A DNA stretch of 64,000 nucleotides. Origin: a virus. Below are positions 48,101-57,211 of this stretch, one piece after another. The translations under genes were made by a program, and so were the position numbers. The DNA lies in IMG/VR virus record IMGVR_UViG_3300036770_007999, positions 1 through 64,000 of that record. One strand, 5' to 3'. The number at the start of each line of letters is the position of its first letter. Positions within the stretch are counted from its first letter, which is position 1. Under the pieces are notes generated by a model. That model was not told where the DNA came from. It did no database searches and worked only from the letters and a program-made list of their open reading frames with translations.

Positions 48101-51100
48101 CTGCAACCAGTTCAGAATGTAACCATTTTCTCTGGTGTCAAAAACAAAACCCTGCCTCTCTAACAACAATCCATAACTGTATAGGAAGTCGCACACACCT
48201 GTTGCTGTCTGGAAGGTATATCCGTAAGGCACCTGCACAACATTATCTGAATGGTCCAGCGCGATGCGCACTGTGGTACCACCGGCTGTGATCGGTATGT
48301 TGTTGCCATTGGGTCGGCTGGCCAAAATCTCAAAATAAGGTCTTGCAGTGCTATAACCATAGACCTGCCAACCCGTATCTGTGGCCTGTACCACTACGCT
48401 GCTGAACACACTCTGATTGAATGGTTGATTCTTGTACAGCAAGATCTGGTAACTTTCATCCGGTAACAGCAGGCTGGTGTTGAGACTGTTGGGGGTAGAA
48501 CGCTCAGTGAAGATCTTGAGATAGCGTTTGTCCGTGAAACCACCCACACGCCAACACAGGCGCATATCAGTATTGGCCAGCGTGGTCTCTAGCAGATCAG
48601 TGCTGTTGGCACCCAACTGTCTATTGTAATCAATGATCCAATCTATGTAACTGGCCCGGCTGACACCATTGCCGTATAGAGGCGCTATCTGTTTGCTGTC
48701 CAGACGATACCTGCCATCCCACACATACTGATCTAGATTTGCATCAAATTTGTAACGATCACGATCCACAAACAGACCAAAGAATTTGGCAGGCTTGGTC
48801 AGAGCCAACAGCCGCATCACAGCAAAAGGCCATGCGGAGGACGACCGCCAAACATTTTCTACTGGACCGTCGTCACCAAAGGTCCAGGATCGGCGGAAAC
48901 TGGTGGTATCATAGTTGCCAGTGGTTACTTCGATGGGCGGCAACAATTCACCTTCAGATCCTGCAGGAATCACACTGAGCAGATCAGGTCTTGCATACTG
49001 TGGCAGGATGTATTCACCGGCGGGATCTCGCACCAGGCCTTGGGCAAGATCTTCCCATAGCACCAAGTTGCCCGATGTATAAGGAGCCGGGCCATAGTAA
49101 TCCGACCACCATGCAGGTTCTTGGCTGAATCCCAACATCTCCCAGGGTTGGGTATTTGGTGCTGTAGTATCATAGAAAAAGTTATAGATACCTCGCCATG
49201 CACCCAACAAGGGCTGACGGTTCAATTTGTTAGCACTCTGGCTGTAATTCCAAGTGAATCCATCTTGTGCGAGATAGGTCTGGCTGGTGTAATCCAACTT
49301 GTTCCAGCCCACCCAACTCAGGAAGTCCGGCGCCAGGATTTCTGTGATTTCTGCCAAGGTATAATCGGTGGTGCGGAACTGTCCTGGAATCACCTCTGCC
49401 TCGCTCAGTGGTATCTCGCTCACGATCTTGATGTTGTTGAAGATCCTGGTCTCAAATTCCAACAGGACATCATCGCGATAATCTCCGAAGGCCACGGTGA
49501 TGGAGCCGTCATGTCCTCGGATCACCAGGGTGGGTTCAAGATAGGTAGTGTCAAGGTACATCTCGGGACGATAAGCAGGATACAGACCCATCTTGCTGGG
49601 TGTGTTGGGCACGAAACTGCCGTAGGTAGCAGAGAACTCGCGGATCTCGATCTGATCACCCACGGCCAATGGCACAGATATATCTATGGTGGCGCTGTCT
49701 ATGCCGACCGTGTATTCGTATCCGCGCACCAGGATGCGACCATTGAGATACACGTTCATGCCTTTGTAATTGCTGCTGGTATAATCGTAGGTTTGTACTG
49801 TATCAAACACTGATGTGCTGATAGGACTGTACACATACACTGTGCTGGTGTAATTTTCTCCAGACGGCATCATGTCTGACCAATAGAATGGGCTTACATT
49901 ATTGCGTCCCAGACCCATCTGGATTATGACATCATCCAAGACCTGGGTAGGTGTGGAGTTGATGAAATCGCCCTGTGCTGCCAGATTCATCATGCGTGCT
50001 TTGAATTTCTGATATTCACGACTGTTGAATTCTATGGCAGCCACTACTTCAAACTGTGGTTGGCGCAGGAAGGTACCGGCCAAGCTCAAGGGCGCGCTGT
50101 GCTGCACGATGTTGTCGCCATAGATCAGGATGTTTCCTAGATCTCTGGTGTTGTTGGCACCGTCAATGGGGCCCTGGATGTTGCGCAGATTCTGCCCGAT
50201 ACTCTGGTAATGATTGCGTATGCTGCCTAGAGTAAATGCGGCAGCATCTTGGTTGATGGCATTGTTTTCGAGGTTTAACGGCACCTGATAGAAGGCAACT
50301 GCGCTGGCCCGATTGCTGATGGCCTGCACTTCAATAATGGTGCCTACGGCCGGTGGTGATGATAGGTCGATCACAGTGCTCTGCCCCACAATGCTGTAGG
50401 CATAATCCGTGGGATCGATGAATTCGGTACCCAGGAAAATCTGCAGAGGAGCAAACACTGAGGTTTCGTCAATGGGCACATCCAGCACCAGAGGTTCATC
50501 ATCCCAGACAAAACGGAACACCTGGCGGCTGCGATTTTGTTGCGCAGCGGGCTGCCAACCTATGAGATCCGAGAAGGTCACACGATCGATGTATTGACGC
50601 ACAAATCCTGTGCTTACAGGTTCTGTAACGCTGACCGCATCTCTCACATACAGGAATGTGTCTGTGTAGAGATAGTTGTCAAACAGGATGTCGCCTACGT
50701 TGTTGAAGTTTAAGAAACGCAGAGCAAAGCCCAGGACCTGATCGGTGATCTGTGTCTCGCCCACGGCATATCCAAACAGCCGGCTGCCTGCAAAGGTAGT
50801 GCTGGGATAAACAGCACTGTCGCCCAGGCTGTGACCTTGCGAATCATAAACATCGAACAAGGGAGTCTGGTTCACAGATGTCTTCTGTTGCGATGGTATC
50901 CAGTTCACACCATCAAACCAAAAACTGAGACCTTGTTGGGTGTTGCCGCTGAGACATACCACAGTCTGATTGATCAGAGCCTGTCCCAGGGGTGCTTCAG
51001 TGAGATTGATGATAGGAATAGAATTAGGATCACCGTCGGGATCGATAAACTCTACCTGGTAAATTTTGTTACGCACATCTGGATCTATATCAGCCGCAAA

Positions 51101-53233
51101 GATAACACGGCTGCCCGTAAGCAAGGTATATCCGTCAGTGCTAAATCCTGTCTGACCATTGATATCACTGAATGCATCTGTAGCAGAGAAATCAATGATA
51201 TCCACGGGCTGTTTACCTTGGGTGCCAAAGTTGAACAGGCGCAGATTAGCACGGAATTCGATGATGGGCCTCTTGCCTCGGGCACGTTCATTGAACACAG
51301 CGATCTGGTTGTTGTAATCTGCTGTGGCCTGTATCACGTCGCGATGGAACCAACGATTTGATCTGCTCCAGGCGTTGCGATCCTGCGCAGCCCGGTTTAT
51401 AGTAATATAGTCAGGCACCTCCGGAGCATTCAACGTCTCATCAAAAGGTGTACTGTCATATCCGTTACTGTCAAAGGGCGTGGTACGGCTCTCAGTGTAG
51501 GTCTCTGGTGTTACAAAGTCAGACACCGGAATCAATCTGATACCGTTGCCCAAGGTAGCGTTCAGCACGCCTTCAACAGGCAATGGTGCTCCTGCAGGAC
51601 CGCCGGCTCCACGATTGGCCAGACTTTCTGCTATTGTGTCATAGATAAATTGATGAAAAGTGTCTGGAGTGTGCGATGCACCAGTCATCTTCTGACCTTC
51701 GTGTACATGGAAAGCGCCGAAGTATGCTTCACCGTCTATGAAACCCACACGGCTATCTATGCCCGGGCCGGTGCCCACGCCCTCTACATAATATTCGAGA
51801 TTTTGAAACTCGGCTGGTTCTGTGAGTCCGCGGAACTGTACCTTGAGGCCGTTGGTAAACGCGACCCCATTGGGGCTGATGTAGTTCTTAGCACCGATGA
51901 TGTCGTCGATGCTGATGGGATTGTTTTCGCTCTGATCCACCAACTGTATGCGGCCGAATATGGCAGGATCGGTGCCATCCTGGTAGTACAGCGTGTCAAG
52001 CACCGCGGTAAGCAAAGGTATCTGCTCAAAAAATCCCGAAGCATTCTTGAACCACTGGGTACTGGCATATTGTTCGCCAAACCGTATGCGAAACTTGGTA
52101 AGGTTAGGTACGGTGCGAATGCTGGCCAGTTGTATGTAAAAATTTCCGTCATTGTCAGGAATGTAATTGATCTGCCACACCGAGTAACGCTGTGCCTGTG
52201 TCGTGATGTCAGTGGTCTGATCAAATAGCGTGGTATCATAACTGCCGATCAATCCGTTGGTAACGATTTCTGGAGGGTTATCTGGCAACAACGGATCAAA
52301 CTGTGATGTAATCTGCCAACCGCCGTCCTGTGCATTGATGATCTGGTTGGTAAAGATCACAGTACGGCCATTGAGATTGGTTATACCGTCTATGCCATTG
52401 GGATTGGCGGATAGGAATTGATCCACATACACATTATTGATCTGATTGAATTTCAAACCAGTCACAAGATCTACAGGAGCCAGTTCGGTGAGTCCAAAAT
52501 AGAAATCCTGGGCGCTCTTCAATGGCACATTGAAGGTCACTGTGCCTAGATCTTCTCCGTTGTTGATCACTCCCAGCACATCTCTGCTGGAGATATTAGG
52601 AGTAGACGGAATGCGTCCATCTACACCTGGATTGGTCTGTATCCAGAATCCGTGACCAGGTTGGTTGACTTGGAATGTGTAATTGCCGCCACGAACCAGG
52701 GTGATTATGGGATTGTTGCCCGCTTCATCACTGAACTGATATGCACCCTGACTGCGAGTTATCTCCCAAGCATCGGTGGTGGGGTAAACTGTGCTACCCA
52801 CATCTACAGAGTCTGGGCCCTGTGGCAACCAGAAATACTGGCTGTAGTTGGTAAATTTATCAAGATCACAGAACGGATCCCAACTGTAGAATTCGCTCTG
52901 CCACAGTCGATCCTGGCGTTCAGTGTCAGCGCCCTGTAGATCCAAAGCATCCAACATGCCCGGATACGTGATAGCATCGCGTGCTCGGTTAGTATCCGGA
53001 GCAAAAAACACCACTCCTGGTTCTAACTGATATTCTGCTCTGGTTTCGGTAGGTTCTGTGACATAATTGTCAGCCGGATTCACCCCCGGGCCTACGCGGC
53101 GCCCTACAAATCCTTGGGTGCGTTTGAGATTGGGTTCCTGTGTGAGTTGATCCAGGGTAGCAGACAGGAACTGCTTGTTGGTGGACGTGCGAAAGATCTC
53201 TGGTAGTAGATCTACTGTTCTGCGGCGGGCCAT
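39140..53233 (-). CDS. Giant 4697-aa virion (baseplate/tail) protein
   Basis: Uninterrupted ORF coupled to the wedge gene; FG-GAP-like and (A/G)DG.T..F repeats. Confidence 0.85.
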   Translation of the reverse strand: MARRRTVDLLPEIFRTSTNKQFLSATLDQLTQEPNLKRTQGFVGRRVGPGVNPADNYVTEPTETRAEYQLEPGVVFFAPDTNRARDAITYPGMLDALDLQGADTERQDRLWQSEFYSWDPFCDLDKFTNYSQYFWLPQGPDSVDVGSTVYPTTDAWEITRSQGAYQFSDEAGNNPIITLVRGGNYTFQVNQPGHGFWIQTNPGVDGRIPSTPNISSRDVLGVINNGEDLGTVTFNVPLKSAQDFYFGLTELAPVDLVTGLKFNQINNVYVDQFLSANPNGIDGITNLNGRTVIFTNQIINAQDGGWQITSQFDPLLPDNPPEIVTNGLIGSYDTTLFDQTTDITTQAQRYSVWQINYIPDNDGNFYIQLASIRTVPNLTKFRIRFGEQYASTQWFKNASGFFEQIPLLTAVLDTLYYQDGTDPAIFGRIQLVDQSENNPISIDDIIGAKNYISPNGVAFTNGLKVQFRGLTEPAEFQNLEYYVEGVGTGPGIDSRVGFIDGEAYFGAFHVHEGQKMTGASHTPDTFHQFIYDTIAESLANRGAGGPAGAPLPVEGVLNATLGNGIRLIPVSDFVTPETYTESRTTPFDSNGYDSTPFDETLNAPEVPDYITINRAAQDRNAWSRSNRWFHRDVIQATADYNNQIAVFNERARGKRPIIEFRANLRLFNFGTQGKQPVDIIDFSATDAFSDINGQTGFSTDGYTLLTGSRVIFAADIDPDVRNKIYQVEFIDPDGDPNSIPIINLTEAPLGQALINQTVVCLSGNTQQGLSFWFDGVNWIPSQQKTSVNQTPLFDVYDSQGHSLGDSAVYPSTTFAGSRLFGYAVGETQITDQVLGFALRFLNFNNVGDILFDNYLYTDTFLYVRDAVSVTEPVSTGFVRQYIDRVTFSDLIGWQPAAQQNRSRQVFRFVWDDEPLVLDVPIDETSVFAPLQIFLGTEFIDPTDYAYSIVGQSTVIDLSSPPAVGTIIEVQAISNRASAVAFYQVPLNLENNAINQDAAAFTLGSIRNHYQSIGQNLRNIQGPIDGANNTRDLGNILIYGDNIVQHSAPLSLAGTFLRQPQFEVVAAIEFNSREYQKFKARMMNLAAQGDFINSTPTQVLDDVIIQMGLGRNNVSPFYWSDMMPSGENYTSTVYVYSPISTSVFDTVQTYDYTSSNYKGMNVYLNGRILVRGYEYTVGIDSATIDISVPLAVGDQIEIREFSATYGSFVPNTPSKMGLYPAYRPEMYLDTTYLEPTLVIRGHDGSITVAFGDYRDDVLLEFETRIFNNIKIVSEIPLSEAEVIPGQFRTTDYTLAEITEILAPDFLSWVGWNKLDYTSQTYLAQDGFTWNYSQSANKLNRQPLLGAWRGIYNFFYDTTAPNTQPWEMLGFSQEPAWWSDYYGPAPYTSGNLVLWEDLAQGLVRDPAGEYILPQYARPDLLSVIPAGSEGELLPPIEVTTGNYDTTSFRRSWTFGDDGPVENVWRSSSAWPFAVMRLLALTKPAKFFGLFVDRDRYKFDANLDQYVWDGRYRLDSKQIAPLYGNGVSRASYIDWIIDYNRQLGANSTDLLETTLANTDMRLCWRVGGFTDKRYLKIFTERSTPNSLNTSLLLPDESYQILLYKNQPFNQSVFSSVVVQATDTGWQVYGYSTARPYFEILASRPNGNNIPITAGGTTVRIALDHSDNVVQVPYGYTFQTATGVCDFLYSYGLLLERQGFVFDTRENGYILNWLQMCQEFLYWSGQGWAPGTIINLNPGATSVSVTQPLSIVDSVNTLRPENLILNQNRQPLPAADLVIERVDNTFRATSLSSNTINYLNLRFTAYEHLVVLDNVSTFADLIYQPVTGLRQNRVLVSGWISGDWNGTVDAPGFVINEDNIVEWDPNRVYAKGEIVLFKNEYWSASRIIQPSQEFNYAEWIKSDYDDIQKGLLPNSANASDQLATAYSVYNANLETEVDLFSYGLIGFRPREYMQALNLDDVSQVNLYQQFLGTKGTRQAAELFSFADLGKETAQYDIFELWAMQKATYGATANRNYVELLLDQSLLRSDPSLIQIIQPDQSSEADQTVLLQNIWKSSQRLTSPDVLPTTVTPVTENSLPTAGYVNLDDVDYTVFDLENPVAVAASLDQEIQDLALGNTIWVAKSNPHDWNVYRVREVPGRILSVSDNLDGRALVEFSRQHNLRVNDYLIIKFFNVTIDGTYRVAAVPGLQSVLINLVFLGSQTEVTGSGVGFSLDTARVAQASDVVNLSYSRELSSGSRVWVDNNGQDLWTVLEKTNPFAPATVIEPEIQIENARFGTAVTQGFQNLAAMVGAPGVLPGGVVYSYVKTAGQAYSENIIIELLTTGTAGFGSSMDMGDQTWAVIGAPESLSNHGYALVIFNPPTSNAFVKHQILVIPQDEKITVADEFGYSVTVSNDERWMYIGAPGGNRVYAYGRIDVQQQSVEYVADGTTASFNYVDHVVVDTSAQLAVVVGNVLQTLNTDYVVNATSVVLLVTPTAGQTVAITRRSAATFTGDGSTLVFPLDNIYSATSVNSISVYVDNVIQRPKYDYDFGEGSSLDLTFVTAPASGTEIRVRATDYWQPVAEIIVPGLAADARFGHSVSTTTDGRQVLIGTPGSDSQEGKVYVFDRSVQAFQITNAATLSYTTVQSLSLPGAPINVKLNGEFLLNEQDNIGGTFSIAGNTVTLDTDIAVGDTLVIETNQFSLVQTLVDAEPFQGGQYGFTVDQCINDCSLYIGAPYDGAVLPEAGHVEYQLNQSRVYGITTSPVANPVLSPGDYLRVNDRFVVVPIVAAHNSALTYAVDDYVLLGGVSLYRARVPVPAGTAITDTDFWQATNWSAVMAQAIRDAAIPNVTVSLTQDLDYDADGITTEFSTGALYAAPAVDTYTTLVYVDNVLQSDPANYTYDPDTNTVTFVTAPLAPSKIRIIGARLVLSVTNFDAAPVLNKLRVMPGTGTVFDDLGILTYVYTQTIASPVPQSYSHFGTTVFVSDSTVDLVVGAPDGSAFNPCTFDNNTTIFDGRSTEFLDAVTQSGVVYTYDFLPAANASVNNPGQFVFGQQLYDSALSPLDQFGSAIDYTTGVLLVGAPGDDSGDSAANYGAMIEYVNATREPSWQAIRQQTPVVDVDLLNTVFMYDRFLGSSKQYFDFFDPLQGRVLGAVRQNLDYIGAIDPAAYNVGAVNNYGDAWTQARVGQIWWNTTNARFIDPNQDDIVYASRRWGQLFPGSTVEVFQWISSTVPPAQYTGPGTVRDINSYSVTSNIDAQGLFQTTYFFWVTGIRTVDRAARKTLSVDTITRYIEAPRSSGIAYIAPINASTIAIYNGLPYIQAEDTVLHVEYDQQRNQDAVHLEYQLIPQGRGDGFLTDSLYRKLQDSFCGVDIAGNLVPDPFLPPSELYGVQFRPRQSLFANRFLALENYLVAANRVMATLPLAETRRFPLLDSEEPEPAAGSGAWNKRVANDTELSYQDLAQVPVGYLYLVQSDATNDGLWTIYEVQAGTAPGSRTLALVRVQNYDTKRYWSYIDWYAPGYDPLTVIAAEVANFSDLETITVAPGSSVKVTANAQGKFEIYVFEDGVYTRVGLESGTIAISPEIWDYSIGRFGFDVEVFDAQYFDQEPVTETRRIIQAINQEIFIDDLAIERNRLLVLMFNFILSEQVAPLWLTKTSLIDVDHVIRNLQPFQIYRQDNQDFVLNYIQEVKPYHTQIREFNLIYQGNDVYDGTVTDFDVPAFWDSAQNLFISPVLDDNLDDPLSTTSSTPSTSPIWQTLPWNQWFQNYLLTIESVAVVDGGSGYTVPPQVIVTGEAETPAVLTARINSAGQVIAIDVVSPGEGYLTTALITLEGGNGTGARAVAVMGNQKIREFTTTLRYDRYQYQTTIVDWQPNVQYDNGTQVRYQDRVWSASSDDSTAVETATFDPEDWTLVDAATLSGVDRTMGFYAPTVNEPGLDLALLISGVDYPGVQVSGPNFNQNTGFDVGNYDINPFDNISIGPEGQPTYDPAILDAIYESEFTDPYLGTLPAPAYNGDPPTTGPANAITVAGGAFVDTYSSHAPEELVPGAIFDTLDFRVFTTPGGDWLGDGHGFALGQINYEYTSADADLSFADQVDMLVMVMVYNITNGVQLIEDQDYVVDWVAHTLRVISGANAGDVIAIQIYGLGGGNQIFREAYTGTQPNNTITVPVQTSLISEFAIFINGDPTDNFTFSASGNFATNIVFGQTLTVTDYVAVTALGAGSGSWSAPVQQNDIGDGSTLIFPLDNSLQGTNPVNIIVEVNGRRVRPAEGVEYIADGSSLQYYLPTRGGYDQSLIADNEVSVYLDGEPLTQGVDYQVDPDDGSTDRTITLTDLPDVGSQVLISVNHAAGYFISGTNLVFRSGSSILPLFGDVLTVTTFNDTREQNILTQVFVGPTTTGIQISEGYDTTLYDEATVSDTPGSFDFGTGSVIQTNEFDTGRDIVNASRIEVTLNGFYLFEGSGFVVEGTRVILLGTVIGPADVVAITSFTQSVVPNALAFRIFQDMRGTQGTYRITPDTTTVLAQSLAAQGDTIYVQDASRLSEPNLPQGIFGLITINGERIAYRNRDTVNNTISGLRRGTAGTGAAEHAAGTAVYDIGLGNLLPAEYQDRVVFDNFLADGTQTLFVAESIVITDLDSTELVEAVEVYVGGILQTSGYTVTGSDPVTIVFATAPDSGYQVSIRVRRSESWYRPGINTASDGVPLQETETLAARFIRGL

Positions 53234-56200
53234 CAGTATGCTCCGCCAGTGCTAGTAATTCCCGACGCAGGTGCCACGTTGGTTATGCCACTAGCACTGG
53301 TGCCCGATCCACGTCCGGCAGACCCTTGCGTGATGGCTCCAGGATAGAGTCCCGACACTGTGGTCTGGCTGCGCAGATTGCTCTGTGTCAAGGCATCAAT
53401 CACTTCGATGTCTGTGACTGTGGCAGCGTTCACAAAGATCTCGTTGGGCGCAGATCGTATTTCATAAAGGTCTCCAAAACTTTTCAAAGGATTCAAGGGC
53501 ACCAAGACCACGGACGCTATGATCGATCCTAGTTGTTCGTGTAGATAGGCAGCCAGTTCAGAGAAGAAGAAGTTGTCTCCAAAGTCCCATTTGTCTATGG
53601 TGAAATATTCGTTGATGGCAGCCACTACAGCGCTCTTGATCTCGCTCACTGACGCTGTTGTCTTGGGATCGCGCACCACCTTGATGGTGGCTCGAAGTTC
53701 TGGTGCGGCCTTGGCACCAAATAGAGGTTTGAACACCACAGAGTTCAGCACGATGTTGTCTGAAATCATCTTGAAGTCATTGAGGCCGCTGTAGGCAGTG
53801 GTCAGTTCGTCTATGGTAGGCAACGGTGGCTCGGGCACGGAATCTGTAGTGTCTCTGATGTAGTTTTGATACTGGGTATAGTATTCCTGTGGTACCACAT
53901 AGAGATCGATGATGTTGGTGATGCCAGGATCGATCACATTGGTCAAAGGTGAATTGTGACGGTACTGGAAATACAGGCTCTGCCGGCCAGTCTGTGCCTG
54001 GAAATCTGCGCGTGGTATCAGGGTACGTTGCAGCACTCCATTGATTGTGGTAATCTCCAGGCTGTAGAACGCCTGTTCTGTGGTAGCATAAAACACCTGG
54101 CCGTTCACGAACTCGCTCTTGACCAATTCTATAGCATCTTTGGTGGGGTATGCTGCGTTGACCACTCCGGGTTCCAGAGGAAGATATCTTTCTAGATCAT
54201 CAAAGTCAATGGTCTGTTGGAAGAACACCAACTTGTTGGTAGGTGCCACAGCAGGAGCAACCAAGGTATCAAAGAAATCAGGGTCATCGGCCACTCCATC
54301 CCCGTCGCTGTCTGCATAACTCACGACCACTTGATAATCATTTACATAGCCATCACTCTGCACAGGTTGCGCGATGATGTCCACTGTGATGTCTGTGGCT
54401 AAGGCTTCGTTGCTGTCAGGCCTGCTGTTGCTTTTTAGGATCTTGACGAAATCATTGATCACCAGTCCGGTACGGCTGTCGTAGATCTCTTCAGAACCGT
54501 CAAACGTGAAACGGGTCTGTATCACGGATGCAAACACATATTGCAGTGAACGCGAAGTCACAGTATAACTTACACCATCGGTAACAAACTGTATCATCCA
54601 ACTTGCATCAAGATTGGCTCCGGCAGTGCTTCCAGCATTCACAAGACTGAACGCAGCATCGGCCGCAAGATTGGTAGATGTTATGATATACCAGGTGCCT
54701 GGCGTCCCGGTAATGTTGCCGGTGTTGTCATAGCCCAGTCCAAAGTTGCGGAACAGTTCAATCTGCTGGATCATGTTGTTGACCAGACTGGAAGGAAAGT
54801 CTGTGACCAACTTGGGAATAACCTGAGTGGCTAGGGCACCGGTGGGCACGAAGTTGTTAAGGGCCACTGGGCCCGACCCGTCTGGCAGATTGCCAAGACC
54901 ACTGTTGGTGCCGTCTAAAATAACGGCTGTCACGGTGGCCCAGACCACCAGTTTTTCGTCGGCCCGTACAGGAACTCCGGCCACCAAACGATTGTTGGCA
55001 TCAAAGAAAAATCCTGGTGGCGGTTCAAACTTGATCAAACTGCCCTGGGTGATATAACGAGTGTTGTTGCTGCTGAATGAACCAACGGGCTGAGGTGCAG
55101 CCGCTGTGCCTACATAGAAAAAACCCGTGGTTTCATTTACCAGACGCGTGCTTTGTTGCCATGCCAGGTTCAGCACGGCCAGATTGGGCCGTATGAAGTT
55201 GGCATAGTAGAACTGAGTGAAACCTCTGGACGGCAACAAGGGTTCCACGGTGGTGTTGAGCACATCTACGATGTCGTTGCGATTGATCCAGTCAAAATCA
55301 AAGGTAGGCAGTTGGTTGCTACGATAGATCACACCGTCACTGCCAAAGATATTGGTGCTGCTGTATTTGCCTGTGATGTCCGTGAGATCCACATACCGGC
55401 TGGTTCCGATGGAACTGCGTGCCACGGCTTTGCTCTTGATAATGGAGTTGTATTGTGTGAACGGAAAATTGTTATAATCTTCGCCGTTGACCATCCTGTT
55501 TTGGGTGTAATAACGAGCCGGGGCGCGCTGTTTGATCTCCTGGATGGTCTCCCTGGGCTGCGCATTGCTCACAGGTTGTGTGATTCCGCAGGTGAATGTG
55601 GCAGTCTCCAGACGACCAAATCTGCTTACATAAGAGATCTGTATGGCCACGCTCTGCATCTCTTCGGGATTGATGATGTAGCGCAGACCGTTGGATGCGC
55701 GCACATAGGCTCGGAAGGTGCCCACGGGAACTTCGGCGAACACACCATCACCAAAGGTAAGCGTGATCTGATCGTTGGCTCGGCTGGTGATGGAATAAAA
55801 TTGTCGTTGATCCGGAGCCAACTGTTCCACTGCTCCGGCATAGATATTTTCTACAAAAGTCCATTCTGCGGAAATACTGCCTACGTCATCTAACTTGTAT
55901 AACCAATGATCTTGGTCGTTGCAGCCTTCGATGTTGATGTTCACAGCACGATTGGGGATGGCTTCGGCTAGGTTAAAGTCTTGATTCTGCAGCACACCCT
56001 GTTTGAACAGGAAGAAAAATCCAGTATTTTCCGAACCAAATCCCAGTTGATCGTTGCGATAGAGTATGTTGAAACGCCCTGATGGCCTAGGTGCAGGTTC
56101 ATACACAAAATCGCGTCCTTCGGATGTGCCACTCACTGCCTCAAAGGGCATGTTGATACCGTCCACTGTGGCAGTGTATGGTATCACCGGCAGGAATCCT

Positions 56201-56778
56201 GGCACAAGATTGATGGCGTATTCAGAAGTACGCACTCCCAGCAGGGTCTGTTCGTTGCCAGGCCGACCAAATTTCTGGCTGTCAACCAGGGCAGCATTGA
56301 TGATCTGTGTGAACTGCTCCAGCCAATCGCCGTTGGTGGGATCGTTCCAGTCCACAGTGACGTTGGCGAGATTGACGCCGTTGTAGTCCACGAGATTTTC
56401 TGTGGTGCTCACAGACTGCACCTTGATAAAACCCTGGGCAGCGTTGTTGCGTTTGGGCGTGTAGGAAACCAGATTGGCCAGGCGTACCACACTATCCCTG
56501 CGCTCTGCTGTGTCAAGAAAATTCTCGCGTGCGTTGAGATCGTTGCGGAAGGCCAGGGCCTGGCCCATGAACGCCATCACATCTAATAGAGCGATGAACT
56601 CCGATGATTCTATGTAGTCATTGAATGTTTCAGGATAGTAAAGGCGAAGATAGTCAACAAAACTCTTGCGCAGGGTTTCGAAATCGTAACTCTGGAAGTC
56701 GGCTTCTCGATAGGTCTGGTACAGTCTTTTCCAGTCTTCTACGCCGAATATAGCAGTCTGTCTAGCGGTCTTGGCCAT
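53233..56778 (-). CDS. Baseplate wedge subunit (T4 gp6-like)
   Basis: YDFETLR, E.FLDTAERRDSV..LA....Y.P, FGDG.F..VP, QNRMV..EDY. Confidence 0.85.
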   Translation of the reverse strand: MAKTARQTAIFGVEDWKRLYQTYREADFQSYDFETLRKSFVDYLRLYYPETFNDYIESSEFIALLDVMAFMGQALAFRNDLNARENFLDTAERRDSVVRLANLVSYTPKRNNAAQGFIKVQSVSTTENLVDYNGVNLANVTVDWNDPTNGDWLEQFTQIINAALVDSQKFGRPGNEQTLLGVRTSEYAINLVPGFLPVIPYTATVDGINMPFEAVSGTSEGRDFVYEPAPRPSGRFNILYRNDQLGFGSENTGFFFLFKQGVLQNQDFNLAEAIPNRAVNINIEGCNDQDHWLYKLDDVGSISAEWTFVENIYAGAVEQLAPDQRQFYSITSRANDQITLTFGDGVFAEVPVGTFRAYVRASNGLRYIINPEEMQSVAIQISYVSRFGRLETATFTCGITQPVSNAQPRETIQEIKQRAPARYYTQNRMVNGEDYNNFPFTQYNSIIKSKAVARSSIGTSRYVDLTDITGKYSSTNIFGSDGVIYRSNQLPTFDFDWINRNDIVDVLNTTVEPLLPSRGFTQFYYANFIRPNLAVLNLAWQQSTRLVNETTGFFYVGTAAAPQPVGSFSSNNTRYITQGSLIKFEPPPGFFFDANNRLVAGVPVRADEKLVVWATVTAVILDGTNSGLGNLPDGSGPVALNNFVPTGALATQVIPKLVTDFPSSLVNNMIQQIELFRNFGLGYDNTGNITGTPGTWYIITSTNLAADAAFSLVNAGSTAGANLDASWMIQFVTDGVSYTVTSRSLQYVFASVIQTRFTFDGSEEIYDSRTGLVINDFVKILKSNSRPDSNEALATDITVDIIAQPVQSDGYVNDYQVVVSYADSDGDGVADDPDFFDTLVAPAVAPTNKLVFFQQTIDFDDLERYLPLEPGVVNAAYPTKDAIELVKSEFVNGQVFYATTEQAFYSLEITTINGVLQRTLIPRADFQAQTGRQSLYFQYRHNSPLTNVIDPGITNIIDLYVVPQEYYTQYQNYIRDTTDSVPEPPLPTIDELTTAYSGLNDFKMISDNIVLNSVVFKPLFGAKAAPELRATIKVVRDPKTTASVSEIKSAVVAAINEYFTIDKWDFGDNFFFSELAAYLHEQLGSIIASVVLVPLNPLKSFGDLYEIRSAPNEIFVNAATVTDIEVIDALTQSNLRSQTTVSGLYPGAITQGSAGRGSGTSASGITNVAPASGITSTGGAY

Positions 56779-56826
56779 TTGGTCTCACTGTGTCTTGTAT
56801 TTATCGCAGGTAAAAACTGCGCAGTT

Positions 56827-57201
56827 TTACAAGAAACTGGCCCGGCGAGTCTCTTGATCAAAGAATATGGCCAGGCGTTCTGCGGTTTCGCTGGCTACAA
56901 CCTGCACTTGGACTTCTACCAAGATGCCGTTGTCCTGCGGATACACAGTGGCATCTGAGATGTACACACGAGGATCGCCGCCGGCCACACGCTGTATTTC
57001 TTGCAGGATACCTTGTTCCGTTTCCGGAGTCTGGCTTTCAAACACATAGCCCCAGATGGTGGTGCCGTATCCAGGTCGCCCTGGCAGTTCTCCCTGCTGG
57101 ATGTTGAAAGCGTTGGCGAGATCACGCTTGATCAGTTCGAAGTCCAACAAAGTGAACTTCTTGAACTGGTTGATGGTGTTGAATCCAATGAATGTTGGCA
57201 T
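56827..57201 (-). CDS. Baseplate wedge subunit (gp25-like)
   Basis: GELPGRPGYGT.IW..VFE...DPRV. Confidence 0.85.
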   Translation of the reverse strand: MPTFIGFNTINQFKKFTLLDFELIKRDLANAFNIQQGELPGRPGYGTTIWGYVFESQTPETEQGILQEIQRVAGGDPRVYISDATVYPQDNGILVEVQVQVVASETAERLAIFFDQETRRASFL

Positions 57202-57211
57202 GATGTATTTA

